64,000 nt of DNA from Patescibacteria group bacterium (GTDB lineage: Bacteria > Patescibacteriota > Doudnabacteria > UBA920 > O2-02-FULL-48-8): NCBI GenBank assembly GCA_036278915.1, contig DASUKB010000001.1, forward strand, positions 91,892 through 155,891, given 5' to 3'. Under the pieces are notes generated by a model that did not search any database, was not told where the DNA came from, and saw only the letters and a program-made list of their open reading frames with translations. Shown here in pieces: positions 49,361 to 59,415 of the stretch. Made by a program: the position numbers and the translations under genes. The first letter of the stretch is position 1. Each line of letters opens with the position of its first letter.

Positions 49361-49762
49361 TTACGACCGGGTCTTCGGGAAAATTCCGGTCTCGATGCGT
49401 ACGAAGCCTTCTTCGGTCTGCTTCAGTATCAAATCGCAATGTTTGGACTTCTCCAGTCCTCCGAAGTAGGTCATAATTCCGATGGCCACCAGCTCTTCCG
49501 GTGTTGTCTTGCATCTGGTTGACAAGTCCGCCAGCATATCCGCCGCTTCATTCTTCACGTTGACCAGGATCGTGGTATCACCCGTGCTTGGGTGTAGCAG
49601 GAAGGGAAAAATTTCATCGCTATCCCGATCTTCCCAGTACAAGGGCTTGCCTACGATTTCCTGTTGCTTGCCGAGCAGGACAGCGCTCATAGCGTTCGAG
49701 ATTGTTTTTGAATCTCGGAGTTTGGCTTTCTGTTCCTGAGAAACTGCCACAACAAGTCTCAT
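49361..49762 (-). CDS. Hypothetical protein
   Basis: GGAGG before ATG at 49762. Confidence 0.6.
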   Translation of the reverse strand: MRLVVAVSQEQKAKLRDSKTISNAMSAVLLGKQQEIVGKPLYWEDRDSDEIFPFLLHPSTGDTTILVNVKNEAADMLADLSTRCKTTPEELVAIGIMTYFGGLEKSKHCDLILKQTEEGFVRIETGIFPKTRS

Positions 49763-49834
49763 ATCTTCCTCCGTTAAAGAAAGACCCGCAAGCGGCACAC
49801 ACTTTCGTGTGTACACGCCTGCGGGTCGCGATCG

Positions 49835-50464
49835 TCAGATCAGGCTGCGGAATGCATCCGCTTCCTGCTTGCGCCGTTCCAGCATCAGCTGACGCTGATT
49901 CGTTGTATGCTGCAGGTTGCGCTCCGTGGCCTCGGCGTCGGCCTGGTTCTTCATCGCCCGCCTGTTGTTCTCAGCGATTACGGCACGCTTCCTGTCGCGC
50001 TTCTTCTGTTCGTCATCGGCCGCTTTGAGCGCATCGTGGACCATCGTGTAGGCCTCGACGCGGTTTTCAAACGTGCCGTTGGTCTCGGTGTGCACCGCTT
50101 CGACCGCCTTATTGAACTTCGACTTGAGGCCGGCGAGAAGGTCTTCGTCGTACTTCTCTCCTTCACGCTCTTCGAGCTGACGAGAGAAGTAGGATTTTCG
50201 CGAGATCTCGATGCCGTTGTCCGACACGACACGATCGAGAAATGCGTTGCGTATGAAAGCACCGAAGATGGCGTGGAGACCGTTGATGGCCTCGTTTGCC
50301 GCCCGAACCGCGTTCTGCTCGTCGCCCTTTTCGAGGTGGGAGGCGGTCATGTTGATGTTGGTCCTCACCGTGTCCGGGATACGGAACGATTCGATCTTCT
50401 TGACGGTTCCCAGGAGGGTTACGAGTTGTTCTTTCGCGTCTTGGATCGTGGTGGCTTTGGCCAT
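49835..50464 (-). CDS. Hypothetical helical/coiled-coil protein
   Basis: AAGGAG SD; TTGACA/TAATCT promoter near 50590-50615; 209 aa. Confidence 0.7.
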   Translation of the reverse strand: MAKATTIQDAKEQLVTLLGTVKKIESFRIPDTVRTNINMTASHLEKGDEQNAVRAANEAINGLHAIFGAFIRNAFLDRVVSDNGIEISRKSYFSRQLEEREGEKYDEDLLAGLKSKFNKAVEAVHTETNGTFENRVEAYTMVHDALKAADDEQKKRDRKRAVIAENNRRAMKNQADAEATERNLQHTTNQRQLMLERRKQEADAFRSLI

Positions 50465-50756
50465 CGCAATAACTCCTTGAAATTGTGTGAAAATCCCGCT
50501 AGGGCAGAATTGTCCCTTTTGGGAGGATTGGACTAGCTTTCTAGTCTAATTCTTCCAAAAGCGACCCAGTCTTATCCAGACAATACAGATTAGCATAAAA
50601 TATGGCATTTGTCAATAGCTTGGGTTTGATTTATACAGAGTTGACGCGCGATGCAAAACCTGTTATTATTTGCCAGTACAAGATATTTTAGTATTTAAGT
50701 CCGTTAGAGTTGCAACGGCAAGCCTTGCCGTTTTGTTTTGTAAGAATGTAATAATC

Positions 50757-51170
50757 ATGCCTACCATAAATCAGCTTGTCCGACACGGACGCACCAAATC
50801 AGTATATAAATCAAAGTCTCCAGCCCTGGAGCGCGTTTATAATTCGCTCAAAGGCGAGAACTACAACGTCGCCAAAGGTTCGCCGTTTAAGCGCGGCGTC
50901 TGTATAAAAGTCTCTACTATGACGCCGAAGAAGCCAAACTCGGCTATCCGCAAATTCGCCCGTGTGCGCTTGAGCAACGGCATGGAAGTCAACGCCTACA
51001 TCCCAGGGATAGGCCACAACTTGCAGGAGCACAGCGTGGTTATGATCCGCGGCGGCCGCGTGAAAGATTTGCCAGGTATGCGCTACCACATCGTAAGAGG
51101 CAAACTTGATGCCGGCGGAGTAGAAGGAAGAAAGAGATCAAGATCTAAATACGGAGCAAAGAAAAGTTAA
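50757..51170 (+). CDS. rpsL: 30S ribosomal protein S12
   Basis: [23 protein letters not shown]. Confidence 0.99.
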   Translation: MPTINQLVRHGRTKSVYKSKSPALERVYNSLKGENYNVAKGSPFKRGVCIKVSTMTPKKPNSAIRKFARVRLSNGMEVNAYIPGIGHNLQEHSVVMIRGGRVKDLPGMRYHIVRGKLDAGGVEGRKRSRSKYGAKKS

Positions 51171-51245
51171 ATTGACCTAACTACTAATTGATCTAATTTC
51201 TAAACTTTAGGTCAATTAGAAATTAGTAATTAGAAATTTTATTTT

Positions 51246-51764
51246 ATGCCACGCAAAGCCAGATCATATGACCGCCATCCAGTGGATGCGGATCACAAAT
51301 ACAACAGCGTTAAGCTGTCTAAGTTTATAAACTACGTTATGACTCGCGGCAAAAAGACTGTTGCCGCTAAAGTCGTGTACGATGCCTTGGATATAATCGC
51401 AAAAGGAGCAACTCCCGCCGAAGGCGGATCCGCCTCCGGCGGAAAAGCCGACCCAAAGGTTTTGTTTGAACAGGCGGTACGGAATGTCTCGCCGATTTTG
51501 GAAGTTAAAGGCCGCCGCATCGGCGGTGCCAACTACCAGGTGCCTATGGAAGTTCAGGAGCCGCGCAAAACTACGCTTGGTATGAAATGGATTATAGACG
51601 CGGCCCGCGCCAAAAAGGGAAAACCCATGGCGGAAAAATTGGCATCCGAACTTATGGAAGCCTACAACAAAACCGGTTCGGCCATCAAAAAGCGCGAAGA
51701 CGTACACAAAATGGCTGAAGCCAACAAGGCTTTTGCGCATTTCGCAAGATTCCAGAGACGGTAG
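51246..51764 (+). CDS. rpsG: 30S ribosomal protein S7 with palindromic in-frame insertion
   Basis: [22 protein letters not shown]. Confidence 0.98.
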   Translation: MPRKARSYDRHPVDADHKYNSVKLSKFINYVMTRGKKTVAAKVVYDALDIIAKGATPAEGGSASGGKADPKVLFEQAVRNVSPILEVKGRRIGGANYQVPMEVQEPRKTTLGMKWIIDAARAKKGKPMAEKLASELMEAYNKTGSAIKKREDVHKMAEANKAFAHFARFQRR

Positions 51765-51766
51765 AT

Positions 51767-51872
51767 CGCTCGGTCAGAAATTTTTTGTCGGACACGCCCG
51801 CTTAGGGCCGGCTAAAGTGCTCAACATTGGAAGGTTTCGCACGTTGTCCTCCAAAAAATTTCTGCCCTCGCT
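51767..51872 (-). repeat. Structured ~105-nt dispersed element, copy D
   Basis: Same core, between rpsG and fusA. Confidence 0.8.
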
Positions 51873-51893
51873 AATAAACAATTTTAAAATTAC

Positions 51894-54026
51894 ATGGCCA
51901 GAGAATACTCATTAGAAAAAACCAGGAATATCGGAATTATTGCCCATATCGACGCCGGTAAGACCACGACTACCGAGTCTATTTTGTTTTACACGGGAAA
52001 AATTCACAAGATCGGCGAAGTCCACGAAGGCAACACGGCTATGGACTGGATGGAACAGGAACGCGAGCGCGGCATTACTATTACCGCGGCGGCCACGACT
52101 TCGTTTTGGTCCACCTCATTACAAAACGGCGGGGCTTCGCCTGACACACACCGCATAAACATCATAGATACTCCCGGCCACGTGGACTTTACGGTGGAAG
52201 TGGAACGGTCTTTGCGCGTGCTCGATGGCGCGATCGTAGTATTTGACGGCAAAATGGGTGTGGAGCCGCAGTCGGAGACCGTCTGGCGGCAGGCGGATAA
52301 ATATTCCGTGCCCCGTATGTGCTTTATAAATAAAATCAACCAAACTGGCGGGGATTTTTACAAGTCTCTGGATGCCATCCATAAGCGCTTGTCACCGAAC
52401 GCCTTTCCAATCCAACTTCCTATCGGATTTGAAAAAGACATCGTCGGCATTGTGGATTTGGTGAAGATGAAATCCTACACCTACAAAGAACATAAAGATA
52501 AGGGATTCACCGAGGGCGAAGTGCCGGCGGACATGGCTGAAAAAACAAAAGAGTATCGCATCAAACTCGTGGAAAAAGTCGTGGAAACCGATGACGCGCT
52601 TATGGAAAAATATCTGGCGGGACAGGAAATTTCAAATGACGAACTTATGAAAGCTATCCGCGCCGCAACCCTCACCGGCAAATTTTACCCGGTGCTGGGA
52701 GGTGATGGTCGGGGACTTATCGTAACCACGCTTCTGGACGGGGTAGTAAATTATTTGCCATCACCGTTGGACAAGCCTCCGGTTAAAGCCGTTGACATCA
52801 AAACCGGCGAGGAAATTTTACTGACGCCCAAAGACAGCGACAAATTTGTTGCGCTGGCGTTTAAGATTGCCACTGACCCATTTGTCGGGAAACTGGCGTT
52901 CTTCCGTGTTTACACAGGCACTCTTTCAGCCGGGTCATACATCCTCAACACTCGCTCTGGTAACAAGGAGCGTGTTGGACGATTGGTGCGTCTGCACGCG
53001 GACTCGCGCGAAGAAGTTAAGGAAGTTTATTCCGGAGATATTGCCGCACTAGTCGGGCCGAAAGATACTTTCACTGGCGACACGCTTTGCGACGCGGAGC
53101 ATCCGATCCAGCTAGAATCCATTAAATTTCCGGAGCCGGTTATTTCTGTCGCAATTGAGCCTAAGACCAAAGCCGACCAGGAAAAAATGGGCTTGGCTTT
53201 GCAGAAATTGGCGGAAGAAGATCCAACTTTCCGCGTCTCAACTGATGAGGAAGTCCAACAGACACTTATATCCGGAATGGGCGAATTGCATTTGGAAATT
53301 CTGGTGGATCGTATGAAACGAGAATTTAAAGTGGAAGCTAACGTCGGTAAACCGCAAGTGGCGTACAAAGAAACGATCAAGGGAAAATCCGAAGCCGAAG
53401 GCAAATACATCCGTCAGACCGGCGGCCGCGGCCAATATGGCCATGTTTATATTCGCATTGAACCGCAGGATGATCCCACCAAAGGCAATGAGTTTGTAAA
53501 CGAAATCGTGGGCGGTGTAATTCCCAAAGAATACATCAAACCGGTCGAAAAAGGCATTGCCGAAGCTGAAGACCGCGGGGTTATCGCAGGATTTCCGGTG
53601 CTCAATATCAAAACAACATTGTACGATGGTTCTTACCACGAAGTTGACTCCTCCGAAATCGCGTTTAAAATCGCAGGCTCAATGGCTTTCCAGGATGCAG
53701 TTAAAAAAGCCAACCCGATACTGCTGGAGCCGATTATGAAAGTTGAGGTCACAACTCCGGAGTCGTCCATGGGCGACGTTATTGGCGACCTTAACGCCAA
53801 GCGCGGCAAGATTTTGGAAATGACAGACCGCGGCAATCTCAAAATTATAGACGCAGAAGTGCCTTTGGCTGAAATGTTTGGCTACGCTACGCAGATTCGA
53901 TCCATGTCGCAAGGCCAGGCTTCCTATACCATGGAATTTCACCATTACGAAGAAGTTCCGCGCAATGTGGCGGAAAAAATCATTGGCGAGTCAGGTAAGA
54001 TCCGCGTCGGACAAGTTGGGAAATAA
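51894..54026 (+). CDS. fusA: Elongation factor G
   Basis: [26 protein letters not shown]; terminator 54037-54062. Confidence 0.99.
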   Translation: MAREYSLEKTRNIGIIAHIDAGKTTTTESILFYTGKIHKIGEVHEGNTAMDWMEQERERGITITAAATTSFWSTSLQNGGASPDTHRINIIDTPGHVDFTVEVERSLRVLDGAIVVFDGKMGVEPQSETVWRQADKYSVPRMCFINKINQTGGDFYKSLDAIHKRLSPNAFPIQLPIGFEKDIVGIVDLVKMKSYTYKEHKDKGFTEGEVPADMAEKTKEYRIKLVEKVVETDDALMEKYLAGQEISNDELMKAIRAATLTGKFYPVLGGDGRGLIVTTLLDGVVNYLPSPLDKPPVKAVDIKTGEEILLTPKDSDKFVALAFKIATDPFVGKLAFFRVYTGTLSAGSYILNTRSGNKERVGRLVRLHADSREEVKEVYSGDIAALVGPKDTFTGDTLCDAEHPIQLESIKFPEPVISVAIEPKTKADQEKMGLALQKLAEEDPTFRVSTDEEVQQTLISGMGELHLEILVDRMKREFKVEANVGKPQVAYKETIKGKSEAEGKYIRQTGGRGQYGHVYIRIEPQDDPTKGNEFVNEIVGGVIPKEYIKPVEKGIAEAEDRGVIAGFPVLNIKTTLYDGSYHEVDSSEIAFKIAGSMAFQDAVKKANPILLEPIMKVEVTTPESSMGDVIGDLNAKRGKILEMTDRGNLKIIDAEVPLAEMFGYATQIRSMSQGQASYTMEFHHYEEVPRNVAEKIIGESGKIRVGQVGK

Positions 54027-54125
54027 TTGTTAAATTATCCCCGCGAAAGCGGGGATTTTTTTGTCTTACCAGACGAGTGTCTATTTCTTTTCTAGAAAAG
54101 AAATAGACGAAAGAAAAGTCGCGAC

Positions 54126-54692
54126 CTAACGAAAAATTTCCGGGATTTCTATTGAGGAGATTGTTTCGCTTATAAATTTCGCTGCCTCTTGGACGGATTT
54201 TTCCAAGCCGCCGGGCTTAAAAGAATTTTTGATTACCAAATCAAATTGCAGATTGGATTGTTTTTCGCGTTCGTCATCCGCCTTTTCGCGCACCAGACTG
54301 CGGTCCAATTCCCAATCGCGGTCCGGAATAACTTTTATAAGCACCAGATGATAACCTTGAGCTCGCAGTGTGGGCACAGTGCTTTCTATGATTGCAAATA
54401 TGCCACAGTGGGAAATCAAACATTCGTCCAGGTTTTGTCTTTCGTATATGTAATGGTTGCCGCTATAGATTTCGTGGCTCAAGAATCCTGCTTGGTTTTG
54501 CCGGTCTTGCGCATACGCTTCGTCCACAAATTTATAAAAAAGATCATCGTAGTCGTCGCGTCTGGGCCTGGTGGACGTGGATTTAATAATTTGTAGGTGC
54601 GGTAAAAAGTTCAGAAGCTCTATCATAATGGTGGTTTTGCCAGAGCCGGATGCGCCTATAAACGCAAAAATTATATGTTTTTGGTTAGTCAT
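54126..54692 (-). CDS. Guanylate kinase-like P-loop kinase
   Basis: GASGSGKTT, STSTRPRR, Y.FV, GNHY. Confidence 0.75.
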   Translation of the reverse strand: MTNQKHIIFAFIGASGSGKTTIMIELLNFLPHLQIIKSTSTRPRRDDYDDLFYKFVDEAYAQDRQNQAGFLSHEIYSGNHYIYERQNLDECLISHCGIFAIIESTVPTLRAQGYHLVLIKVIPDRDWELDRSLVREKADDEREKQSNLQFDLVIKNSFKPGGLEKSVQEAAKFISETISSIEIPEIFR

Positions 54693-55104
54693 ATAATATT
54701 TATAGCAAAAAGAAAACGGCTCGGATAGCTCGAGCCGTTAATAACGGCGAGTCCGGTCGGATTCGCTGTATTCGTTAGATCTTCTGGCCGAATTTTGCCA
54801 GGTACTTCTGGCGGCAATCACTGCAACCGCCGCGCAGATCACGGACGTGAGTGACGGCCCTGCCAGGAAGCACTGGCTTGAGGCCGTAGTAGCGCGGGCA
54901 CTTCTCGGTGAACTTCACGAGAGCAGTAAGCTTCGCGGAATTCAGGCCAGGCTCGTGATCCAAGACAGCGTCTTCGTCCTTTTTGTAGGTCTCCTGTTCC
55001 TGCTGTTTCAGGATTTCCAGGTAGACATTACTACTTTGGCTCCGAAAGTTCTTGAGCCTCGTACGAGCACTGCTGATATCAGTTTGTCTCGACAGATGAT
55101 CCTC

Positions 55105-55305
55105 CTATTGGAATGAAAGCCGGGCAGCGTACCCGAGGGCTGCTGCTGTGATCAGTAGGGAGAAGTAGAACGCCCTGATGATCAATCGGGGATGTTGAAC
55201 GTAGAAGTCGCGGCCAGCGGTCCCCAGGTGTGCCATGTGATAAAGCACAAATCCCAAAAGGATCATGACCGAGGCTGGGATAACGATAAGACAAACCCTT
55301 GCCAT
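55105..55305 (-). CDS. Small 2-TM hypothetical protein
   Basis: GGAGG SD; two hydrophobic segments. Confidence 0.5.
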   Translation of the reverse strand: MARVCLIVIPASVMILLGFVLYHMAHLGTAGRDFYVQHPRLIIRAFYFSLLITAAALGYAARLSFQ

Positions 55306-55626
55306 AAACCCTCCGGTCCTACTTGTTTAAATAATTATGTTACCACCTGGAGGATTAGTCAAACGAGTATTCCGACAAGACTTTATCCACAACCCTTGAG
55401 GGACTTTACAATGTTAGTCAAATGCTTTATAATCTTAAAGCGTTTCAAATTAATTTATTAGCAGTTTTAAGCTCGGCGTCATCCTGATCTTGGCCAAATA
55501 CCAAAGTCGATAGGGTATTGGGCTAAGGATTCGGGAAGACTGGATACCACTTAGAGACTGCTTAAAAGGGATTTAGCCCTTCACTCCAAGGTTGAGAGAG
55601 GTTATAGTCCTGAAAGGAAGAAGCAA

Positions 55627-56814
55627 ATGGCGGAAAAATTTGACCGTTCCAAGCCGCACATCAACGTCGGTACCATTGGTCACGTCGACCATGGCAAAAC
55701 CACGCTGACTGCAGCCATCACCACTGTCTTGTCCAAGCAAGGCAAAGCCAAAGCGCGCGCTTATGATTCCATCGACAACGCTCCGGAAGAAAAGGCTCGC
55801 GGCATCACTATTAACACCTCCCACGCCGAATACGAAACCGACAAGCGTCACTACGCTCACGTCGACTGCCCGGGTCATGCTGACTATGTCAAAAACATGA
55901 TCACTGGCGCGGCCCAAATGGATGGTGCGATTTTGGTTGTGTCTGCAGCTGACGGCCCAATGCCCCAGACCCGCGAGCACATCTTGCTGGCCAAACAGGT
56001 CGGCGTGCCATACATTGTCGTTTATATGAACAAAGTGGATATGGTGGACGACAAAGAACTTCTGGACCTCGTGGAAGAGGAAATTCGCGATCTTTTGACC
56101 AAAAATGGATTTCCAGGAAAAGATACGCCTATCATCCGCGGTTCGGCATTGAAGGCTTTGGAAGGCGATACGTCAGAAATCGGCGAACCGTCGATCCTCA
56201 AGCTCGTGGACGCACTTGATACATACATCCCAGAACCAAAGCGCGAAACCGACAAGCCATTCCTCATGCCTATCGAAGACATTTTCTCAATTGAAGGCCG
56301 CGGCACCGTAGTTACCGGCCGTATTGAACGCGGTATCATCAAAGTCGGCGAAGAAATCGAAATTGTCGGCATCCGCCCAACCGTCAAGACTGTCGTCACT
56401 GGAATTGAAATGTTCAACAAGCAGTTGGATGAAGGTCGGGCTGGCGACAATGCAGGCATTCTGCTCCGCGGTACCAAGAAAGACGAAGTTGAACGCGGCC
56501 AGGTTTTGTGCAAGCCGGGTTCTGTGACCCCGCACACCGAATTTGACGCCGAAGTCTACATCCTCACCAAAGAAGAGGGCGGACGACACACCCCGTTCTT
56601 TAAAGGTTACAAGCCGCAGTTCTACATCCGTACCACAGACGTGACCGGAGAAGTTGAATTGCCAGCCGGCCAGGAAATGGTTATGCCGGGCGATACGGTA
56701 AGCTTGAAGATTAAACTCATCACCCCAGTAGCTATGGAAGACAAGATGCGGTTTGCTATCCGCGAAGGCGGACACACCGTGGGCGCGGGCGTGGTGCTCA
56801 AGATTACAAAATAA
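55627..56814 (+). CDS. tuf: Elongation factor Tu
   Basis: [21 protein letters not shown]; terminator 56818-56850. Confidence 0.99.
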   Translation: MAEKFDRSKPHINVGTIGHVDHGKTTLTAAITTVLSKQGKAKARAYDSIDNAPEEKARGITINTSHAEYETDKRHYAHVDCPGHADYVKNMITGAAQMDGAILVVSAADGPMPQTREHILLAKQVGVPYIVVYMNKVDMVDDKELLDLVEEEIRDLLTKNGFPGKDTPIIRGSALKALEGDTSEIGEPSILKLVDALDTYIPEPKRETDKPFLMPIEDIFSIEGRGTVVTGRIERGIIKVGEEIEIVGIRPTVKTVVTGIEMFNKQLDEGRAGDNAGILLRGTKKDEVERGQVLCKPGSVTPHTEFDAEVYILTKEEGGRHTPFFKGYKPQFYIRTTDVTGEVELPAGQEMVMPGDTVSLKIKLITPVAMEDKMRFAIREGGHTVGAGVVLKITK

Positions 56815-57054
56815 GCCAAAAGCTACTTATCGAAAGATAGGTAGCTTTTTGTGCGAACTGAAAGATTTCTGGGCGGGTCCCCGCAAATTTGCCACCCGCC
56901 TGAAATTGGCCGTCGCAGTCCACGGGCTAGTTTGCCGCCAGGGCTCGCTCCAAGTCCTGAACCGCACCACCTAAAATGCTCTTGACTTTAGCTCCCAAAT
57001 TCGCTAATATATCCAAGTTGCTTAATAATTAGTCGTTATTTATTTACCAATTGA

Positions 57055-57378
57055 ATGCCCGCTGAAAAGACAGAAACTGCCAGAATCCGGATTAAGATTC
57101 GAGCCTATGACCACAAACTCATAGACCAGTCCGCCCGATCTATAGTAGATACTGCCAAACGCACAGGCGCCGAAGTTATAGGCCCAGTGCCGCTGCCTAC
57201 TGAAAAATCCAAGGTTACCGTGAATCGCTCGACATTCGTGCACAAGAATGCCAGAGAGCAGTTTGAAATGCGCATTCATAAGCGGCTTATCGATATTGCC
57301 TCTCCCACACCCAAAACAATTGATGCGCTTTCAAACCTCAATTTGCCAGCAGGCGTGGATATAGAGATTAAAATGTAA
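57055..57378 (+). CDS. rpsJ: 30S ribosomal protein S10
   Basis: [24 protein letters not shown]. Confidence 0.98.
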   Translation: MPAEKTETARIRIKIRAYDHKLIDQSARSIVDTAKRTGAEVIGPVPLPTEKSKVTVNRSTFVHKNAREQFEMRIHKRLIDIASPTPKTIDALSNLNLPAGVDIEIKM

Positions 57379-57488
57379 ACATGGTTTAGATTGGATTGAT
57401 CCCCGAGGATATCGCCAGTCACACGAAGCACCATTCAGGCTTCTTGTTTCCGGGATCCTGAATGGTTTTTTGTTTAAAGAAGTATCAA

Positions 57489-58097
57489 ATGTCAAAATTT
57501 CTGATGGCTGAAAAACTGCATATGTCGCAAATCTTTACCCCCGACGGTAAGGTTGTTCCGGTCACAATTCTTAAGGCTTCACCAAACAAGGTAACTCTTG
57601 TACGAAGTTTGGAAAAAGACAAGTATCAGGCAGTGCAGGTCGGATTTGGGCGCCGCAAAAAAGCTACCAAAGCTTTAGCTGGCCACACTAAGGAGCTTGG
57701 CAAATTTGCGCACCTTTCCGAATTCCGCGTGGATGATTCTTCCAAATTCAGCCGCGGCCAGGAGATTACAGTGGCGACATTTGCTGTGGGTGATAAGGTT
57801 AAAGTAACCGGCGAAATGAAAGGCCGGGGATTTGCCGGACCGATTAAGCGCCACGGTTTCCACGGAGCACCGGCTTCGCACGGTCACGATCACCCGCGAG
57901 CCGTGGGAGCAATCGGCGGCAGGTTTCCGCAGCACGTGCGCAAAGGCTTGCGCATGGCGGGGCACATGGCAGGTATTCGTACCGTTAAAAATTTGGAAGT
58001 CGTGGAAATAGACGCCAAGCGCAACCTCATAGCGGTCAAGGGCGCGGTGCCGGGCGCGCCGGGAAATGTTGTCAGGATACAGTTGTCCCTAAAGTAA
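57489..58097 (+). CDS. rplC: 50S ribosomal protein L3
   Basis: VPVTIL, KGRGFAGPIKRHGF, MAGHM. Confidence 0.97.
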   Translation: MSKFLMAEKLHMSQIFTPDGKVVPVTILKASPNKVTLVRSLEKDKYQAVQVGFGRRKKATKALAGHTKELGKFAHLSEFRVDDSSKFSRGQEITVATFAVGDKVKVTGEMKGRGFAGPIKRHGFHGAPASHGHDHPRAVGAIGGRFPQHVRKGLRMAGHMAGIRTVKNLEVVEIDAKRNLIAVKGAVPGAPGNVVRIQLSLK

Positions 58098-58774
58098 TGT
58101 TTATAATTGCGCATCGCGGGGCTTCGGGACTTGAACCTGAAAACACCCTCCGTTCCTTCAAAAAAGCCGAAGAACTCGGCGCCGATCTCATCGAACTCGA
58201 TGTGCGAATTTCCAAAGACGGTGAATTGGTCATAAGCCACGATGCTGATATGTTGCGGCTGTTTGGTGATCCAAGATTGCTCAAACAACTTCCGCTTTCC
58301 GAGATCAAGCGAATAAGCGCTTTGCACAACCGGGAAATCCCAACACTTGCGGACGTAATTGCAAACGTAAATCGCGATTTGAATATTCATATCAAAAATC
58401 ACGGTATCGAGCGCCAAGTCTTGGAAGCTATAAAAAGTTTTCCGCACAGGGTCCTGATTTCCTCCACCTTTCCAGGGGTGCTTAAGAAGATCAGAGCTTT
58501 GGATGGAAAAATTGATCTGGGATTGATTATCGGACGAGGGGAACTCCACCTTTTGCCGGTTGCCAATTTCCTGACCCGAAATATCGGACTTTACTCAATT
58601 CATCCAAAAGCCACAATTATATCTTTGCCTATCGTAAAATTATTTAAACTTTCCGGACGCAAGGTTAATGTGTGGACAGTGAATACAAAAGAAGAATTTA
58701 TAAGAATGCAACGCTTGGGCGTGGACGGCATTATCACCGACCACCCGGAGCTTATGAAAATTTATGGCAATTAG
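58097..58774 (+). CDS. Glycerophosphodiester phosphodiesterase
   Basis: IAHRGAS, PENTL, ELDV, HD, WTVN, GIITD. Confidence 0.94.
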   Translation: MFIIAHRGASGLEPENTLRSFKKAEELGADLIELDVRISKDGELVISHDADMLRLFGDPRLLKQLPLSEIKRISALHNREIPTLADVIANVNRDLNIHIKNHGIERQVLEAIKSFPHRVLISSTFPGVLKKIRALDGKIDLGLIIGRGELHLLPVANFLTRNIGLYSIHPKATIISLPIVKLFKLSGRKVNVWTVNTKEEFIRMQRLGVDGIITDHPELMKIYGN

Positions 58775-59411
58775 AACCGCAGTCTACAATCAATCCGGAG
58801 AAAAGATTTCCGAGTTGGATCTCAATCCCAAAATTTTTGGTTTGGAAGATTTGGATGCGCATTTGGTGCATACTGCCGCAGTAGCGCAAGCCACCAATGC
58901 CCGCCATTCTATAGCCCACACCAAAAATCGCGGCGAAGTTGCCGGTTCCGGTAAAAAGCCTTGGAAACAGAAGGGTACCGGACGCGCACGCGCCGGTTCG
59001 GTTCGTTCCCCAATTTGGCGCCACGGCGGCATCACATTTGGCCCGAGAAATCAGGCCGACTGGTCCGTGAAGTTAAATCGCAGCGCATTCCGCAAGGCTC
59101 TATTTACGATTCTGACCGACAAGATGCGTGACAATAAATTAACTATTATTGATAAGCTGCCACAGGTTGAAAAAACTCGAGAATTGGCGGGGATTTTGGC
59201 TCGGATTGCCGCAAACGCCGGACTTGGCAAAAATTATTCATTGATTTTGGCTGTAAAGAATGCCGAGGTCGTGCGTGCGGGACGAAATCTTTCTCACGTG
59301 AAGATTATGTTTGCCGACCAGCTCAATATTTTGGACCTTGTGCAGTATGATCCAATTATCACTCAGGACGCGCTGGCTGTTATAGAGAAAATTTATTTAA
59401 AGAACTCCTAA
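58764..59411 (+). CDS. rplD: 50S ribosomal protein L4
   Basis: KPWKQKGTGRARAGS. Confidence 0.97.
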   Translation: MAIRTAVYNQSGEKISELDLNPKIFGLEDLDAHLVHTAAVAQATNARHSIAHTKNRGEVAGSGKKPWKQKGTGRARAGSVRSPIWRHGGITFGPRNQADWSVKLNRSAFRKALFTILTDKMRDNKLTIIDKLPQVEKTRELAGILARIAANAGLGKNYSLILAVKNAEVVRAGRNLSHVKIMFADQLNILDLVQYDPIITQDALAVIEKIYLKNS

Positions 59412-59415
59412 GAAT

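Noticed and set aside
56869-56975. GC-rich tuf-rpsJ spacer as an ncRNA
   Set aside because: Could not establish a consistent fold or a second copy by eye.
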